Shown here piece after piece: positions 61,070 through 64,000 of a stretch of DNA of 64,000 bases. Made by a program: the position numbers and the translations under genes. The notes under the pieces were generated by a model. The model had not been told where the DNA came from, searched no databases, and saw nothing but the letters and a program-made list of their open reading frames with translations. The stretch's first letter is position 1. The number at the start of each line of letters is the position of its first letter. Origin of the DNA: Lama glama (Eukaryota); NCBI GenBank assembly GCA_028534125.1, contig CM052816.1, positions 1,426,001-1,490,000 on the forward strand. The letters run 5' to 3'.

Positions 61070-63088
61070 TTTAGAATTAATAAATGAATTCAATTTTGCG
61101 GGATGCAAAGTTAATTTACTGAAATTATTAGAGAATTACCTAGAACTAATAAATGAACTCAGTTTTGCAGGGTGCAAAATTAATATACAGAAATTGTTAG
61201 AGAATAGTATACTGCATTTCTATACACTAATAATGAATTTTTCATAATTCCAGTTATGATTGCATCAAAAACACCTAGGAATAAATCTAACCAAAGAGGT
61301 AAAAGTCTTGTACTCTGAAAACTACGAGGCATTGATGAAAGAAATTGAAAATGACATAAACAAATGGAAAGATTTACTATGCTCATGAATTGGAAGAATA
61401 AATACTGTTAAAATGACCATACTGCCTAAGGCAATCTACAGATTCAATGCAATCCTTATCAAAATACCAAAGACATTTTTCAAAGAGCTAGAACAAATAA
61501 TTTAGAAATTTGTATGGAAACACAGAAGACCACAAAAGCTGAAGCAATCTTGAGAAAGAAGAACAAAGCTGGAGGTATCATGTTCCCTGATTTCAAACCA
61601 TGCAACAAAGCTACAGTCATCAAAGCAGTATGGTACTGGCACAAAACAGACACACAGACCAATGGAACAGAGTATAGGGCCCAGAAATAAACCCATGCTT
61701 ATATGGGCAATTAGACTTCAACAAAGGTGGCAAAAATATACAATAGGGAAAAGAATGTCTCTTTATTAAGTGGTGCTGGGAAATTTGGACAGCTATGTGC
61801 AAAAGAATCAAACTGGACTACTTTCTCACACATGCACAAAAATAAACTCAAAATGAGTTAAAGACTTAAATGTAGAACCTGAAAGCATAAAGCTCCTAGA
61901 AGAGAACATAAACAGGATGCTCTCCGACATTGGTCCTAGCAATATGTTTTGGGATCTGTCTCCTTATTCAAGGGAAACAAAAGCAAAAATAAGCAATGGA
62001 ACTACATCAAACTAAAAATGTTCTGCACAGCAAAGGAAATGATCAACAAAATGATTAGGTAGCCTACTGAATAGAAGTTATTTGCAAATGATGTATCTGA
62101 TAAGGGGTTAATGTTCAAAATATATACATACAACTTAACATAAAAAACCCCAACCTGATTAAAAATGGGCCAAGGACCTGAATATACATTTTTCCAAAGA
62201 AGACATGCAGATGGCCAATATACTCATGAAAAGATGCTTAGCATCATTAGTTATCAGGGAAATGCAAATTAAAACCACAATGAGATACCACTTCACACCT
62301 GTCAGAATGGCTACCAATAGAAAGACTACAGATAACAAGTGCTGGTGAGGGTGTGAAGAAAAGGGAGCCCTTATGCATTGTTGTAAGATTGTAAATTGGT
62401 GCAGCCACTGCGGAAAACACTATGGAGCTTCCTCAAAAAACTGAAAACAGAACTACCCTACGATCCAGCAGTTTCACTTCTGGGTATTTACCTGAAGAAA
62501 ACAAAAACACTAATTCAAAAAGATATAAGCACACCAATGTTCATAGCTGCACTATTCAAAATAGCCAAGATATGGAAGTAATCTAAGTGTCCATCACTGG
62601 ATAAAGAAGATGTGATACACACACACACAATGGAATATTAGTTAGCCATAAAAAGAAACCTTCCAATTTGTGACAATATGGGTGGATCTAGAAGATATTA
62701 AGCTAAATGAAATAAATCAGAAAGACAAATACCATATGATCTTACTTGTATGTGGAATCCGAAAAACAAAAGAGACAAAACAAAATGAAAACAGAATCAC
62801 GTATACAGAGAACAAAATGGGCGGTGTTGCAGAGGTGAGGGACACGGAAGGGACGAAAAAGGTGAAAGGGACTAAAAGGCACAAATCTATAATTATAAAA
62901 TAAATAAGCCACGAGGATGTCATATACATAAAAGAATATGGTCAAAAGTACAGTGGCACCTTTGTATGGGGACACAGTTATTAGACTTATTGTGGTGATC
63001 ATTTCATAACATATGCAAATGTCAAACCACTTAAGAGCACACTTGAAACTAACATAAAATCATACATCAACAATGTTTCAACTAAAGA
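61070..63088 (+). mobile_element. L1, about 2 kb, 5'-truncated (ORF2 3' part plus 3' UTR), degenerate
   Basis: ORF2 motifs (gcaatctacagattcaatgcaatcc; [32 protein letters not shown]) and a 3' UTR similar to that at 28540-28750. Confidence 0.93.
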
Positions 63089-63274
63089 AATGCAGTTTGT
63101 TCAATATGATTATGTTTGTTCCATTTGGAAGATCTCTGAAGGATAAAAATTGTCATCTTTTAAAAAAGTCCCAAGTTTTCCCTCAGAGGGGGGATTCATT
63201 CAGACATTCCTATAATCCTTCATCCAACAAATATTTGATGAGAGTTTATGTGCCAGGCACAGAGATAAATAAAC

Positions 63275-63360
63275 GAGAGAGAGAGAAAGACAGAAAGAAA
63301 GAAAGAAAGAAAAGGAAAGAGAGAAAGAGAGCAAGAAAGAAAGAAGAAAAGAAAGAACAG
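63275..63360. repeat. GA/GAAA-rich low-complexity tract
   Basis: gagagagagagaaagacagaaagaaagaaagaaagaaaagg... Confidence 0.85.
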
Positions 63361-63756
63361 AGGCAAAGTTAAAGGAAAAAAGGTAGATTTTACCTAAAAT
63401 TAGTATAGAAAAAAGGCACTAGACTAGAAGTTAATAAAAAAGGGGTATTTGGGTCACAGATCTTCTAGAAATAACTGAGATCTTAGGCAAGTCACTTCTT
63501 CTTTGGGCCTCAAGTTTTCATCTGTGAAAATGAGGAGTTTGGCAAGTTGCCCCGGTTGGAGTGATCCACTGAGCCTTCCTCTCTGGAGAACTGACTGAGA
63601 TAAAGAGCTAATTTCCACTGGGGTTCACACTAAACCATTCCTTTATTATTTCCTTCCTCTGTCAGCAGAGGGTAGACCTGGGTGCTCCAGAGAGACTCTG
63701 GAGGAAGGATCTCCCTCCTGCACTCGTGAAACTGGTGGGGGCCTTGGCTGCCTTAC

Positions 63757-64000
63757 CTGGTTTTCAGACTGATGTCAAGACTGGAAGGAAGGCAGCTGAG
63801 CTGGGAGTTCTCAGTGTTGGCCGCAAGAGACCTAGACTCAGAGGGGTGGGCGCCTTGCATGGATCCAAACGCTGCCACAGGAAATCCAAAAGCTCCTGGA
63901 AGTCAGTGCTGAAATCTTTCCTTCCACATCTCAGTCTTTCTCTCTGTCCAAACCGTGAGTCCATTCCAGTTTAGTGGCCTCAGACTTGGCTTTCTCGCAG
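63757..64000 (-). other. Candidate distal non-coding exon ending at a strong 5' splice site (possible alternative ADRA1B first exon)
   Basis: Minus strand ...aaaaccag|gtaagg (donor GT at 63756-63755) in non-repetitive sequence on the ADRA1B strand; no transcript evidence available. Confidence 0.35.

Noticed and set aside
17945..63088. L1 strand bias as evidence that the upstream region is an ADRA1B intron
   Set aside because: About 9 plus versus 5 minus copies by my count, too few to be informative.
1..64000. A novel multi-gene system, retrocopied gene, tRNA/rRNA or ERV internal region
   Set aside because: No second coding gene, processed pseudogene, structured RNA gene or gag/pol/env sequence was recognisable by eye; BLASTX, Infernal and RepeatMasker would be needed to exclude highly diverged cases.

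Overview
Mammalian genomic DNA, inferred cetartiodactyl and probably camelid from the L1 3'-end families and the absence of recognisable Alu, B1, Bov-tA/BovB, PRE-1 or SINEC elements. The only supported protein-coding feature is the large first coding exon of the alpha-1B adrenergic receptor gene (ADRA1B, minus strand, 16185..15237, TM1-TM6). It ends at a GTAAGT donor and sits in a CpG-island promoter. The TM7/C-terminal exon is not in the window and would lie to the left of base 1. Positions 1-15236 are intron; 16.9-64 kb is upstream sequence dense in L1, L2, MIR, MaLR/ERVL LTRs and hAT/Tigger DNA-transposon relics, with a 500-N gap at 43334-43833. I see no evidence for a novel multi-gene system. 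The most interesting signals concern ADRA1B regulation: two ATG uORFs (one ends 1 nt before the main ATG), a strong 3' splice site inside the 5' leader paired with a candidate donor about 47 kb upstream, an inverted ETS-CRE-like pair and a MEF2/GATA/TEAD/AP-1 cluster. Also notable are a twin-primed L1 inversion and a hexamer array with higher-order structure. Repeat family names are by eye from recalled consensus sequences, and their boundaries are approximate unless TSDs or TIRs are given.
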